Virus record (IMG/VR): IMGVR_UViG_3300013767_000208
Location: 1-37,505 of that record
Strand: one strand, 5' to 3'
DNA length: 37,505 nt
Origin: a virus
Taxonomy: Duplodnaviria; Caudoviricetes
Positions within the stretch are counted from its first letter, which is position 1. The number at the start of each line of letters is the position of its first letter. The translations under genes and the position numbers were made by a program. Under the pieces are notes generated by a model. That model ran no database searches. It was given only the letters and a program-made list of their open reading frames with translations, and had not been told where the DNA came from. This document shows positions 7,922-17,729 of the stretch, one piece after another.

Positions 7922-9058
7922 ATGGCAAGTGTCAAGGAAAGCGTTCTAACCGCAGCACAGGTTGACTCGATGTCGATTGATCGACTGATCTTTCATGTGA
8001 TCAATGTCGATGCTGAAGGGGACGATCGGGTCATTGAGTTGGACGAGATTCAGTTGGACGATGACCAAAGAACATTCTTTCTGGATCGGATCAAAAGCGT
8101 CGCTAAGGGTATTCAGTACGATTTTCTAGAGCGCGGAGTCGGGACGAAGCAGCTCTGCGAGCAACTCGTCGCAAAACATGACAGTTTCGTCGAGGCGTCG
8201 GTCGATCTCACGACCAACTTTGCGAATCACCACAGGAAGAGCATGGCAAGTGGGGTGTTTGTCGTTGCGACGGTGACCATTCAATACGCTGAGAAGGCGC
8301 CGCTCACTTTGGTCTTTCTCGCGAAGTTCGATCATCGCAGCGTCTACCAGATCATCGTACAGGCGAAACTCGATGGTACGGGTCAACATGCTGCGATGAC
8401 GAAAGTGGCTAACACCCTCGTGGAAGACAAGAACGCAATTCAAAAGAGCGCTCTTGTTGATATAAGTGACAAGTTCGCGTGGGGCGTCCTTGCAGACGAG
8501 CGCAAGCTTCGCCCCAATGGAGAAGTCACCGACTACTTCAAGAATTTCCTCGCAGTGCAGCTGCGCGAGGTCGCGAGTGTACTTACGCGCAGGGCAGTGA
8601 GCAAAGTGAGGGAGTGGGCGAGGGGAATACCCGAGGCCGATATGCTTGAGACTGAGTTGCGAGGGAACTACGGTTACAGGGCGGTCGCGTACATGAATGC
8701 GACCGCTCAAGGGTTCTTCGATCTTGACACGTTCATCGGTGCGATCGTCCATGATGCCGACGACCCGCGTGAGGCCGACGACGCTGAGCTTGCTAGGGCC
8801 AATGCGGGCAGGAAGCGGACTCTGGAGGACTCACTGCGAATGTGGCTTATCGATGCTGGCCTTGAAAATCAAAAGTTTCAGCCGAAGCCAAAGTCGCTTG
8901 CCAAAGCCGATAGGAAACAACAATGGAAGACTGCAGAAGGAGTCAGTCTAGAATTCCAGGGTGAGCCTAAGGACTTTGGCATCACGGTGGGTGATCGCAA
9001 GGACGGTCTTCCAGGCCAACTGATCCAGATTTTGACGCAAAACATCTCGACAACCTAA
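7922..9058 (+). CDS. Nucleoid-associated protein-like (YejK/NdpA, NA37-type) accessory protein
   Basis: SIDRLIFHVI...FVEASVDLTTNF...SGVFVV...LVFLAKFDH...IQKSALV...TDYFKNFLAV resembles the NA37 family pattern. Visibly less GC-rich than the phage core. Confidence 0.7.
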   Translation: MASVKESVLTAAQVDSMSIDRLIFHVINVDAEGDDRVIELDEIQLDDDQRTFFLDRIKSVAKGIQYDFLERGVGTKQLCEQLVAKHDSFVEASVDLTTNFANHHRKSMASGVFVVATVTIQYAEKAPLTLVFLAKFDHRSVYQIIVQAKLDGTGQHAAMTKVANTLVEDKNAIQKSALVDISDKFAWGVLADERKLRPNGEVTDYFKNFLAVQLREVASVLTRRAVSKVREWARGIPEADMLETELRGNYGYRAVAYMNATAQGFFDLDTFIGAIVHDADDPREADDAELARANAGRKRTLEDSLRMWLIDAGLENQKFQPKPKSLAKADRKQQWKTAEGVSLEFQGEPKDFGITVGDRKDGLPGQLIQILTQNISTT

Positions 9059-9060
9059 GA

Positions 9061-10545
9061 ATGAAAGCTCACTTGGAGGTGATCAACTCGCTGACCCAGC
9101 TTGAGGCCTTGGCCACAAGCTGGGAGGAGACTGCCTCCAGCTTAAGCGTGGAGGGGCGGTTAAGCGCTGAGTCTCTGCAAGCCCTGACTGACGTTGTCGC
9201 CTCGTTCGAGGCGGCATCGTTGGCGCTCCCCAATTTGCGACTCGACGAGGAGAGCTACGATCGGGACGGACTTATCGCGATCGCTTCAGATGACCCAATG
9301 GACTGGCCAGGAGAATGGAAAATTGGCCTAGACAAGGGGCGGATGCTTGATGAAGTCCCAGCCGGAGATGAGGCGCTTGTCTTTCTTAGGCGCGAAGCGT
9401 TCGTGACGTGGAGCGAACGCTTGTCACCCTTCGAGCTTGGGGGGATCAAACGGGGTGTAAATACGCATGTGATCGTCAGTGGCCTCAAAAGTGCGTTTGG
9501 CGGGCCGCGACTCTCGGTTTTGCCATTGCGCGCAGATCTTTCAGTTGAGCCCGAAAATGGTTTCAAGTTTCCGGAGGAGCCGGATGTTCTCAAGCTCATC
9601 CATGTAATCAGTGATCGCAGCTTGTTGATGGATCCTGGGGCTGTGGCATTGACGTGGGGCGACAGGGAGCAAGACGACGCCAGCGCACTGCGTCGTTTGT
9701 CTGCAATGGTGGTCGCTCTCTGTATGGTTCAGGACGTTTATCTTCGTGACAACGCAGTACGCGTTGTGCTTCGCGGAACCAGGCGAGTCGAGTTGCCACT
9801 TGTCGCGGGTCAGAATGAATCGGTGTCAGTTTCGCAGCTCGATGAAATTTATGCGGCCGTGGAATGGATATTTTCCGAGCGCGAGGAGACACGCCACAAA
9901 CTTCTGACGGACCGGTTGTCGATCGACGTGAGAGACGACACGTCGCTTATGTCGGCTCTGACCAAGTTCCTAACGGAGGCCCTCAAGCAAGCAAAGGAGC
10001 GATACGGCTTCGTAATCCTGGATCGTAAGGATGCGTATCACAAGGAGCTACGGGATCTCATGAAGGATGTCCGTGCCCAAGCCGATTTGTATGCGGCAAA
10101 GGTAAGGGATCTGGTCGCGGCGCTGTCACGTGACACGCTCGCCGTGCTGTTCATGATTGGTGTGAGTTTGGTCGGTCGGACAAACACAAACGCAATTCAA
10201 GGCCTGGTATCCACCACCGAAGTTCAAATTTTCTTCAAGGTCCTTGCGATCTATTTCGTACTGTCGATCGTCCTGCAAGGTGTCTCTCACTGGCGCGATC
10301 TCTCCTTGGCTAGACGGGAGGGAAGTGAATGGCACAAGCTGACAAGAGAGTACGTACCGCAGAGCACGTTCGAAGAGCATTTCGAGGCTCCCCGTCGCAG
10401 GCGCCATAACTTCTTCAAGATTGCCCTGGTTATTTGCGCGGCTGTGTATTTCGCGCTTGCGTGGTTGAGCTGGAATATCGCATCCGTCTTCAGCATCTTC
10501 TCGGGCGTTGCCGTAAAAGCCGGAACGATGACCGTAGGCAGTTAG
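9061..10545 (+). CDS. Hypothetical protein with coiled-coil and about 3 C-terminal transmembrane helices; operon partner of the NA37-like gene
   Basis: Starts 2 bp after the previous stop. Hydrophobic segments TLAVLFMIGVSLVG, IFFKVLAIYFVLSIVLQGV and FFKIALVICAAVYFALAWLSW. Confidence 0.8.
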   Translation: MKAHLEVINSLTQLEALATSWEETASSLSVEGRLSAESLQALTDVVASFEAASLALPNLRLDEESYDRDGLIAIASDDPMDWPGEWKIGLDKGRMLDEVPAGDEALVFLRREAFVTWSERLSPFELGGIKRGVNTHVIVSGLKSAFGGPRLSVLPLRADLSVEPENGFKFPEEPDVLKLIHVISDRSLLMDPGAVALTWGDREQDDASALRRLSAMVVALCMVQDVYLRDNAVRVVLRGTRRVELPLVAGQNESVSVSQLDEIYAAVEWIFSEREETRHKLLTDRLSIDVRDDTSLMSALTKFLTEALKQAKERYGFVILDRKDAYHKELRDLMKDVRAQADLYAAKVRDLVAALSRDTLAVLFMIGVSLVGRTNTNAIQGLVSTTEVQIFFKVLAIYFVLSIVLQGVSHWRDLSLARREGSEWHKLTREYVPQSTFEEHFEAPRRRRHNFFKIALVICAAVYFALAWLSWNIASVFSIFSGVAVKAGTMTVGS

Positions 10546-10562
10546 CGGTACTGTAGTACCTG

Positions 10563-11711
10563 TTAGCCTGCTACATTGTCGGAGGTCGGGTCAATTGGTT
10601 TGATCTCCAGATCCAGAGCGGTCGTGTAGCCGCGCTCGTTGAGGTTGTGTGTGACCTTGGCGATAGTCCACGCGGTATTGTCGATCTGCGCCTTCCACCC
10701 CAATACCACCGCCTGCAGCTCCGGAAACACCTCCGGCCGCCCCCGCGCCAGGGTGATGCTGAAACTGGCCACTCCGCGCTGCATCCGCGCCCACTCGGCC
10801 CGCGCCGCGCGCTCCGCATTGGCCTTGGTGGCGTATGTGTGCCGCAGCACCTTCACGTTGTCCGGGTTCGGATAGGTGGTGACGGTCTGTTCGGCCTTCC
10901 CCTTTTTGCCCTTGCGCGGCGCCGGCTTCTCCTTGGCCAGGACGGCATTGGAAGCGTCGATCACCACTTCGCCCTTCGTGGCCTTGCGCGTGTCCTGGTA
11001 GTAGGCCTTGACCCCGTTGTAGTTCTCCCGGTCGGCGATCTGGAAGGTGTGCGTGTCACCGCTGGCGCGCGTGATGGTGACGGTGGGCAGCGGGAGGCCC
11101 GAGGCGCTTTGCGCTTCCCCGGCCCGGATGAACAGCAGCTTGCTCTGCTTGACGGTGGCGATGGCGTCGTAGTCCTTGGCCAGGCGCGTGAGCAGGTTGG
11201 CGTCGGACTCGCCGGTCTGGTCCAGGTGGTCGATGACCTGGTCGGCCAGCTTTGGGGAGACCACCGCCTCGAGCTCGTTCTGGCTGGCGATGGCGCGCAC
11301 CAGGTCGCTGAGGGTCTGCCCGCGGAAGGTGCGCTCCTTGCGCGTGGTCAGGTTGCTGCCCAGGTCGGCGCTGCGGGCGCGGATGATGAGGCGGTCGGGC
11401 GGGCCGCTGTGCTCGATCTCGTCGACCTTGTAGCTGCCTTTGTCCACCACGCCGGTGTCTTCCCAGCCCAGCGCGAGCTGCAGGCGCACGCCTTTCTCTG
11501 GCAGGTCCAGCAGGCCGTCGGAATCATCCAGCTCGATATCGAGCTGGTCGGCCTCGAAGCCGCGGTTGTCGACCAGGGTCAGGCCGATGAGCCGGCCCTG
11601 GAAGCGCGCGGTCAGATCTTTTCCGTTGTGGGTGAGCTGGTAGGCCGGCCGCGAGTGGTGCCCGATGACGGTAGCCAGCAGGTCGGCCGGGGTGATGGCG
11701 GGCAGGCTCAT
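10563..11711 (-). CDS. gpD: P2 gpD-family tail/baseplate hub (late control D) protein
   Basis: LTLVDNRGFEADQLDIELDDSDG, HLDQTGESDANLLTRL; position after U. Confidence 0.93.
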   Translation of the reverse strand: MSLPAITPADLLATVIGHHSRPAYQLTHNGKDLTARFQGRLIGLTLVDNRGFEADQLDIELDDSDGLLDLPEKGVRLQLALGWEDTGVVDKGSYKVDEIEHSGPPDRLIIRARSADLGSNLTTRKERTFRGQTLSDLVRAIASQNELEAVVSPKLADQVIDHLDQTGESDANLLTRLAKDYDAIATVKQSKLLFIRAGEAQSASGLPLPTVTITRASGDTHTFQIADRENYNGVKAYYQDTRKATKGEVVIDASNAVLAKEKPAPRKGKKGKAEQTVTTYPNPDNVKVLRHTYATKANAERAARAEWARMQRGVASFSITLARGRPEVFPELQAVVLGWKAQIDNTAWTIAKVTHNLNERGYTTALDLEIKPIDPTSDNVAG

Positions 11712-12133
11712 GGGCCCAGAAGCCCGTCGATGGCCTCGCCGATGATGGCTTCGAGCTGGCCATCTACGCGCTGCAGCTTGAGGGAGAACTCCAGGCGGCG
11801 CGCCTTGCCGTCCGGGAAGAAGAGGGTACGGGTGACGTCCAGCCCCTCGATGACGAACATGCCGTGGTAGCGGCCGGAGCCTTCGATCAGCACATAGGGC
11901 CGGCCGGTATTGCCCATCGTCGTCAGCAGGGCGATGGTGTTGTCGCCCCCGCTCAGCTCGGGCAGCAGCACGCCGGACAGCGTGATGGTCTCGTCGTCGG
12001 GCCCGAGGAATTGCCGGGCCGGCCGGCGGCCTACGCGGTTGTTGGCCGCGTGGCGCCAGCCGATCTGTTGCTGGAACTCCTGGTAGGGCGCCGTTTCCAG
12101 CGCGAAGACGAACAGGCCGAGGGCCATCATCAT
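11708..12133 (-). CDS. gpU: P2 gpU-family tail protein
   Basis: MMMALGLFVF...QFLGPDDETITLSGVLLPE...FFPDGKARRLEFSLKL. Confidence 0.93.
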   Translation of the reverse strand: MMMALGLFVFALETAPYQEFQQQIGWRHAANNRVGRRPARQFLGPDDETITLSGVLLPELSGGDNTIALLTTMGNTGRPYVLIEGSGRYHGMFVIEGLDVTRTLFFPDGKARRLEFSLKLQRVDGQLEAIIGEAIDGLLGP

Positions 12134-12137
12134 GGGG

Positions 12138-15100
12138 TCATTCCTCCCAGTCGGTCAGGCGCGAACGGGCGCGGGCGTTGCGCTGCGCCTCCAGGCGCTG
12201 CAGCTCGGCGGCTACAGCGCGGGCGATAGCGCGCTCATCGGTGCCAGCGGGTGGGTGGATGTGGATCACGATGGACGCCGGCGCAGCCGGGGCGGTGGCT
12301 TGGCTGGCACGCGCCGGCCGCGCCAGGGGCGGCCGCGTGTCGATGGGCACGCGTTCGGCCGGTGGCGCCTGGACGAAGGGCGGGGTGGTCAGGGAGAGGT
12401 CTGCTGCCTGGCCGGTGCCGATCACCATGCCGGCGCCCGCCGCGGCCAGCGCCTTGGCGACGCGGCCTACGACGGCCAGGGGCCCGCCCTCGCTCGCGGA
12501 CAGGCCCTGTTCCAGTCCGCTCATGGTAAAGGCGCCGAGCTGGGCGAAAACGCGGCTGGGCGAGCGGATGCCCAGCTTGTCCTTGATCGCATTCACCAGA
12601 CCGCCGCCTATGTCTGCGACCGTGTTCTTGACGCTGCCGACCATGCTCTTCATGCCGTTGATCAGGCCCTCGATGATCTGTACCCCGATCCCGATGAAGC
12701 GCACCGGGAGCATCGCGAACTCCGCCACGACTTTCGCCGCGATCACGATGACGTCGGCCAGCCATTTGCCGAAGCCTTTCCCGCTGGCGGCAGCCGCGTC
12801 CAGGCTTTCCTTACTCGAATCGACCGGGCCTAACAGCTTGGTGATCCAGTCCCACACTTCCTTCACGGCCATTGCCACCCAGTCGAACACCGGCTGTAGT
12901 GGCGCCAGGGCTGTGCCGATTGTTGAGAAGACCTGGTCGAAGATGCCGGACAGCGGCGCCAGCCCTTCAGTGAGCCCCTGCCAGAAGCCGCCGAAGAACG
13001 CCTTGATGGGCTCCCAATACTTGATGACCAGCGCGGCACCCGCCACCAGCAGCGTAATCAGCAAACCGATGGGATTGGCCAGTGCGATGCGGCCGACGAA
13101 GAGCAGGATCTGACCGAGCCGGGCCAGGCCGGCGGCGGCGCTGTGGATCAGTCCCACGGCGCCGCCCTTGATGACGTTGATGCCGCCCCTGGCCGCGTCT
13201 GCGGCAACACCGGCGGCCCCCCGGCTGCCGGCATACTGCCTGACGGCAGTCCAGCGCGTTGCCGCCGCGGCTCGCGAGGCGGCCGCCTGTGCCGCGACGG
13301 CTTGCCACAGGCGCAGCGTGTACTGCCGCACGGCACTGATGCCACCTTGCAGTGAGGTGGCGGCGCCGATGCCCCATTGCCGGACCGCGAGCGAGGCAGC
13401 CTTGCTGGCAGCCGGAATCCGCTCGGCGAGCGCCGTCGTGTAGCGCCGTAGTGCTGCCCATGCCGTGCTGGGGGTGCCGGCCTGCCAGGCACCGGCCAGC
13501 GCCACCCGGATGCCGGCGGCGGACGCTTGCACCGCCCTGCCAATGGCAGGAAAGCGAGACGCCGCCCTGGATAGCAGGTTGAAGCTGAACGACACCCGGG
13601 TCAGCAGGATGTGCAACATGGCGTAGGGGCCGAGCACGGCGGCGATGCCCAGCAGCAGGGGACCGAGGACCAGAAGGGTAGCGACCAGGACGGCGGCAGC
13701 CACCGCCAGAGCCTTGGCTAGCGTAGGGTGCTCCTGCATGAACTTGGTCAGCCGCTTAGCAGCATTGGCAGCCATCTCCAGCCCGCGCGTATAGAGGGGC
13801 AGGATCTGCTGCCCCAGCTCACGTTGCAGGTCGTGGACCTTGGCTACTGTCTCCAGCTCCTTGCCCTGGGGCATGCCCTTGGCGCGTTCGTACAGGCCAT
13901 CGATGCCGTCGGCGTTGGCGTTGAGCTTGGCGTTCTTGTGGATCTGCTCGCGCTGCAGGTACATCTGCGAGAACAGGTTGGCAGCGGTGCGGTTGGAGAA
14001 GATGCTGCCGATGGTGTCCAGCACCTGGTTCTTGTCCGTGATGCCCTTCTCGGCCAGCTTGGGCAGCAGTACCTTCTCCATCCACTCAAACTGGTTGTGC
14101 CGGAACAGCTCGCTGCCGGCCAGCGCGCCCACGCCGAGCTGGGAGATCTGGCCGGCCTTGTCGTGCATCACCTTGCTCGGGTCGGCGATCAGGCCGAGCT
14201 TGTCCAGGTTCTGCGCGGCGCGCTTGGTGGTCTTGCCCTGGTAGATGTTGGCGTAGGCGCTCATCATGGCCGTGCCCACACGGTTGCCTCCCATTTCCTG
14301 CACCAGCGGCTCCAACTGGTAGTAGAAGGCCTTGTCGTCAATGCCCTTGGCCGCGATGCCGCCGGTCTTGATGAGGTTGAGCCATTCCTCCGGGCCGACC
14401 CGGCCGCCGGTGGCGGTGATGACCCGCTGCACCATGTCTGCCTGCTCGCGGAATGCCTTCTCGCTGGCAAGGCCGCCGCGCATCTCGATGACCTTCAGCA
14501 TGTCCATGAAGCGGCGCTCGTTCTCCGCGCCGTCCTCAGCGCCGAAGACCGCCGCGCTGGCGAACTTCATCTTGGCCAGGGTGGGGGTGACCATCTCCGC
14601 GTGGTGCTCGTCCGCAAAGACCGACAAGGCATCACGTATGAGGGCGATGTTCTCCACGGCGCTGGTGCCGTAGGTCTTCATGCCGTTGGCGAACTTGATG
14701 GCGTCCTGCGAGACCTGGTCGCCCAGGCCGAGCGCGCGCAGGCGGGTCTGCTCCAGGGCGTCGTGCTTGGCCTCGCCCAGGCCTTTGTAGAGCGGGCGGC
14801 CGGCAGCGTAGCCGGCGGCAGTGGCCGCTACACCGGCGCCGGCTACGTGGCCGGCAGCGGCCCGCACGCGGCCTGCAGTCTGCCGGGCCGCTTCCACGCG
14901 GCGTTGCTGGGCGGCTACGGCCGCCAAGCGCTGCTGCTGGGCCGCCAGTTGCTGGTTGGCCCCGGCAAGCTGCTGGCGCAGCTCGCGCTGGTGCCGCACG
15001 AGGTTCTGCGTGCTCATGCCCATTTCGGTCAGCCGGGTACGCACGGCCTGTGCGTTCTGCTGCAGCTCGGCCTGGCGCCGCTTGAGCGTCTGCGCCTCTC

Positions 15101-15410
15101 GCGTGGCCGCCTGAAATGCGCGGGTCATGGCCCGGGTAGGCTGGTCGACTTGCGCTATCTGCCGCGCCAGGTCACGCGCGCGGGCCTGCACCGTCTTGAG
15201 CTGGTTCCCGGTAATGGCGGCGTCCCGCGTCAGCTTCCGGAAGCTGTCGATGTTGGCCTGCGCCCGGTCCAGCTCTCGGATCCGGTCGCGGGTACCCCGG
15301 ACGGCGCGCGCCAGCGCGTTGTTGCTGCCGAGCATGTTGCGGAACGGCCGGGTAACACGGTCGACCGCCTGCAGGACGATCTCCAGTCGGAGGTTGCGCG
15401 AGGTGCTCAT
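12138..15410 (-). CDS. gpT: Tail tape measure protein
   Basis: 1090 aa, Ala-rich and helical, with hydrophobic segments and C-terminal LGIRSPSRVFAQLG; lies between E and U. Confidence 0.93.
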   Translation of the reverse strand: MSTSRNLRLEIVLQAVDRVTRPFRNMLGSNNALARAVRGTRDRIRELDRAQANIDSFRKLTRDAAITGNQLKTVQARARDLARQIAQVDQPTRAMTRAFQAATREAQTLKRRQAELQQNAQAVRTRLTEMGMSTQNLVRHQRELRQQLAGANQQLAAQQQRLAAVAAQQRRVEAARQTAGRVRAAAGHVAGAGVAATAAGYAAGRPLYKGLGEAKHDALEQTRLRALGLGDQVSQDAIKFANGMKTYGTSAVENIALIRDALSVFADEHHAEMVTPTLAKMKFASAAVFGAEDGAENERRFMDMLKVIEMRGGLASEKAFREQADMVQRVITATGGRVGPEEWLNLIKTGGIAAKGIDDKAFYYQLEPLVQEMGGNRVGTAMMSAYANIYQGKTTKRAAQNLDKLGLIADPSKVMHDKAGQISQLGVGALAGSELFRHNQFEWMEKVLLPKLAEKGITDKNQVLDTIGSIFSNRTAANLFSQMYLQREQIHKNAKLNANADGIDGLYERAKGMPQGKELETVAKVHDLQRELGQQILPLYTRGLEMAANAAKRLTKFMQEHPTLAKALAVAAAVLVATLLVLGPLLLGIAAVLGPYAMLHILLTRVSFSFNLLSRAASRFPAIGRAVQASAAGIRVALAGAWQAGTPSTAWAALRRYTTALAERIPAASKAASLAVRQWGIGAATSLQGGISAVRQYTLRLWQAVAAQAAASRAAAATRWTAVRQYAGSRGAAGVAADAARGGINVIKGGAVGLIHSAAAGLARLGQILLFVGRIALANPIGLLITLLVAGAALVIKYWEPIKAFFGGFWQGLTEGLAPLSGIFDQVFSTIGTALAPLQPVFDWVAMAVKEVWDWITKLLGPVDSSKESLDAAAASGKGFGKWLADVIVIAAKVVAEFAMLPVRFIGIGVQIIEGLINGMKSMVGSVKNTVADIGGGLVNAIKDKLGIRSPSRVFAQLGAFTMSGLEQGLSASEGGPLAVVGRVAKALAAAGAGMVIGTGQAADLSLTTPPFVQAPPAERVPIDTRPPLARPARASQATAPAAPASIVIHIHPPAGTDERAIARAVAAELQRLEAQRNARARSRLTDWEE

Positions 15411-15580
15411 TCTTCGGTTTCGCTACGGACGCGGGCGCGCTCGCGCCATTCGATCAACTCCCGCAGGCTCAAGGCGTACAGCTCGGCCATGGAGAAGGGG
15501 AACACTACTGCAACGTCTGCTGCGGCGTCTTCGACTCGGGCGGGAAGTCCTCGCCCTTCGCCGCCTTCGTCAGCAAAAAA
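15407..15580 (-). CDS. gpE': E' extension of the tail assembly chaperone, reached by programmed -1 frameshift
   Basis: Slippery TTTTTTG on the minus strand (15580-15574), as in P2. The -1 frame reads FADEG...AADVAVVFPFSMAELYALSLRELIEWRERARVRS. Confidence 0.85.
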   Translation of the reverse strand, partial: FFADEGGEGRGLPARVEDAAADVAVVFPFSMAELYALSLRELIEWRERARVRSETEE

Positions 15581-15834
15581 CTGCACACCGCCGTGGCTAG
15601 CTGCATCAGGTCGGCCGGGTCCACTCGGCTCACGTCGGCCTGGGTCAGCGTGGGCGAGGTGATGCGCGGCAACACGACGTGCAGGGCGGTCACTTCCATG
15701 CGCAGCAGGTCGACCAGGCTGCAACCGCGCAGCTCACCTGAGCCGGGCTTGCGCACGGTGATTTCCTTGATGGTTTCGTTGCCGCGCGTGAGGGGGGTGT
15801 CGAGTGGGACAGTGGTAGTGGTGACGTCAGTCAT
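15505..15834 (-). CDS. gpE: Tail assembly chaperone
   Basis: LDTPLTRG...VRKPGSGELRG.SL.DLL...VLPRITSPTLT...DPADL. Confidence 0.92.
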   Translation of the reverse strand: MTDVTTTTVPLDTPLTRGNETIKEITVRKPGSGELRGCSLVDLLRMEVTALHVVLPRITSPTLTQADVSRVDPADLMQLATAVCSFLLTKAAKGEDFPPESKTPQQTLQ

Positions 15835-15868
15835 GATGATCTCTCAAGAAAGGAGGGGGCGGGTCCGC

Positions 15869-16378
15869 TTACAGGCCCATGGCACGGCGCTGCTCGGCCA
15901 GCCGGTCGACGCCGAACACCACCTCGATGAAGTTGACATGGTCGATCTCGCACCACACCTCGCCATTGACGGTGAGCTTGTAGTAGGACAGCGAGGACTT
16001 GACCTTGAACTGGCTGTTGTCGCCGACTTTGGCGTTGCCCATGTCGAGCTCGACATGGCGCCCTCGCACGACCACTTCCACCGCGTCGGTTTGCTCGGTG
16101 TCCTCGCGTTGGTAGGCACCGGCGAAGCGCAGCAGCACGCCGTCGACGCGCGTGATGCCGTATTGCTTGAAGATGCCGCGCATGATGCCGCCGTAGGTGG
16201 ACTCCAGTTCCATCTTCTCGTTGCCCTGGTCGATCTCCACCGGCCCATTCATGCCGCCGGCGCGGTATTCCTCCAGCTTGCGCGTGAGCTTGGGCAGGGT
16301 GAATTCCTCGACCTCGCCGATGTGGCTTTCGCCGTCCTGGAAGACGTTGTAGTTCTTGAGTTTGCGTGGCAGTGCCAT
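15869..16378 (-). CDS. gpFII: Major tail tube protein
   Basis: MALPRKLKNYNVF...LPKLTRKLEEYRAGGMNG...LRFAGAYQ. Confidence 0.95.
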   Translation of the reverse strand: MALPRKLKNYNVFQDGESHIGEVEEFTLPKLTRKLEEYRAGGMNGPVEIDQGNEKMELESTYGGIMRGIFKQYGITRVDGVLLRFAGAYQREDTEQTDAVEVVVRGRHVELDMGNAKVGDNSQFKVKSSLSYYKLTVNGEVWCEIDHVNFIEVVFGVDRLAEQRRAMGL

Positions 16379-16410
16379 GGTGGTGTCCTCTCGGAATCAG
16401 GGGCGGCGCG

Positions 16411-17583
16411 TCAGGCGGTGACGGCCTGCGCGAACTTCATCAGGTAGCGATCGGTGATGCGCTGGCGCATCGTCAGGTTCTCCAGCGGAGGCGGTGGTGT
16501 GTAGTCATAGTCGATGGAGAGCTCGCCGGCCTTGAGGCTGTCCTTGCTGTTGGCGTTCGGGTCGAACCAGGCTTCGCCGCCGAGCAGATAGCCGGCGCGG
16601 GTGAAGGCGCGCAGCTTGGCGTTGATGCCCTCCAGGATGTCGCGCACCAGGGAGGGGCTCATCGTCATGTCGATGGCCCATAGGTGGGCTTCGGCCATCG
16701 TGTCGGCCATCACATGCGCGGTGCGGGTGTAGTTCTCGAAGGCGAAGAGCGGGTCGGCGCTGCAGGTGCGCGAGCCCCAGAAGCGGAAGCCCTTGTGGTT
16801 CACCAGCGTGGTGACTTCGTGGCTGTTCAGATAGCCGGCATCGGTTGCCGGGTCCTGCAGATCCCAGAACACGTCGCGAGACAGACCGGTCACGCCGTTG
16901 ACGGTGATGTTAGACAGCGTCTTGTGCCAGCCCACCTCTTCGTCCAGCTTGGCGCGCAGGCCCAGGGCCCGTGCGGTCGCGTACAGGGTCTTCTCGGCGT
17001 TCGCCTGCGTGTCCCAGCCAACGAAGTCCGGCCAAATCGTCATCAGCTCCCGCTGCCCGAAGTTGTCGCGGTAGGCAACGGCTTCTTCCTTGGTCTTGCA
17101 GCCGAAGGCGGAAACGTAGCCGAAGGCGCGCAGCTTCTGCCCGATGCTGGCCAGCGCGGAGGACACCGGCAGACTGTCCAGCCCGGGGACGGCCAGGATG
17201 CGCGGCGTCACGCCCAGCCGGTTCTTGGCGGACAGCAGCGCCTTCATGCCGGTGAAGCGGCCGGCCGAGTCGGTGCCGCCGATGATGTTGCTGACGGTCT
17301 CCGCGTCCGAGGCGCCCTTGGCGACGCGCACGGCCACGGTCAGCGGGTTGGCCTGGTCGGTGATGGCGGTCAGGGTGGGCGCGAGCGTGCCCTTGTTGCC
17401 GGCGCGGCCGATGGCGCTCATGGGGTTGGTGAGCAGCACCGGCGTGTTGAGGGGAAACAGGTTCGCGTCGGCGTCGTCTGCGATACAGACAAAGCCGGGA
17501 ATGGCGGTGGAAATGGTGCGAATCGGCCGGGTGCCCTCGTTGATTTCAACGACGCGGACACCGTGGTGATATTCGGTTGGCAT
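16411..17583 (-). CDS. gpFI: Tail sheath protein
   Basis: Start MPTEYHHGVRVVEINEGTRPI at ATG 17583; GWHKTLSN, GFRFWGSRT, DYDYTPPPPLENL. Confidence 0.95.
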   Translation of the reverse strand: MPTEYHHGVRVVEINEGTRPIRTISTAIPGFVCIADDADANLFPLNTPVLLTNPMSAIGRAGNKGTLAPTLTAITDQANPLTVAVRVAKGASDAETVSNIIGGTDSAGRFTGMKALLSAKNRLGVTPRILAVPGLDSLPVSSALASIGQKLRAFGYVSAFGCKTKEEAVAYRDNFGQRELMTIWPDFVGWDTQANAEKTLYATARALGLRAKLDEEVGWHKTLSNITVNGVTGLSRDVFWDLQDPATDAGYLNSHEVTTLVNHKGFRFWGSRTCSADPLFAFENYTRTAHVMADTMAEAHLWAIDMTMSPSLVRDILEGINAKLRAFTRAGYLLGGEAWFDPNANSKDSLKAGELSIDYDYTPPPPLENLTMRQRITDRYLMKFAQAVTA

Positions 17584-17664
17584 GCGGTCCTCCGGGGGTG
17601 GTCTGACGATGGCGGGATCGTCCCGGTAGGATGCTGCGCACGCGCGAGGCTGTCGCTTGTTTGG

Positions 17665-17689
17665 TGTTGTGCGGTGGCGCGCCACAACA
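17665..17689. promoter_or_regulatory. Late promoter activator (Ogr) dyad upstream of the F operon
   Basis: TGTTGT-N13-ACAACA; the same motif precedes V and lies between O and P. Confidence 0.8.
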
Positions 17690-17729
17690 TGACGCGCCGC
17701 GCTTGGATCAGTTCAGCATCGGCGGCGGT

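Noticed and set aside
13728-15662. 644-aa plus-strand ORF and many other long antisense ORFs (e.g. 10647-11870, 19461-20933, 22639-23904, 25148-26422, 30156-31232)
   Set aside because: Shadow frames opposite well-recognised genes in high-GC DNA, with no recognisable motifs.
15802-15809. Second GAGTGGGA matching the att core
   Set aside because: Inside the intact gpE coding sequence, with no extended guaA similarity or arm repeats; an 8-mer is expected by chance.
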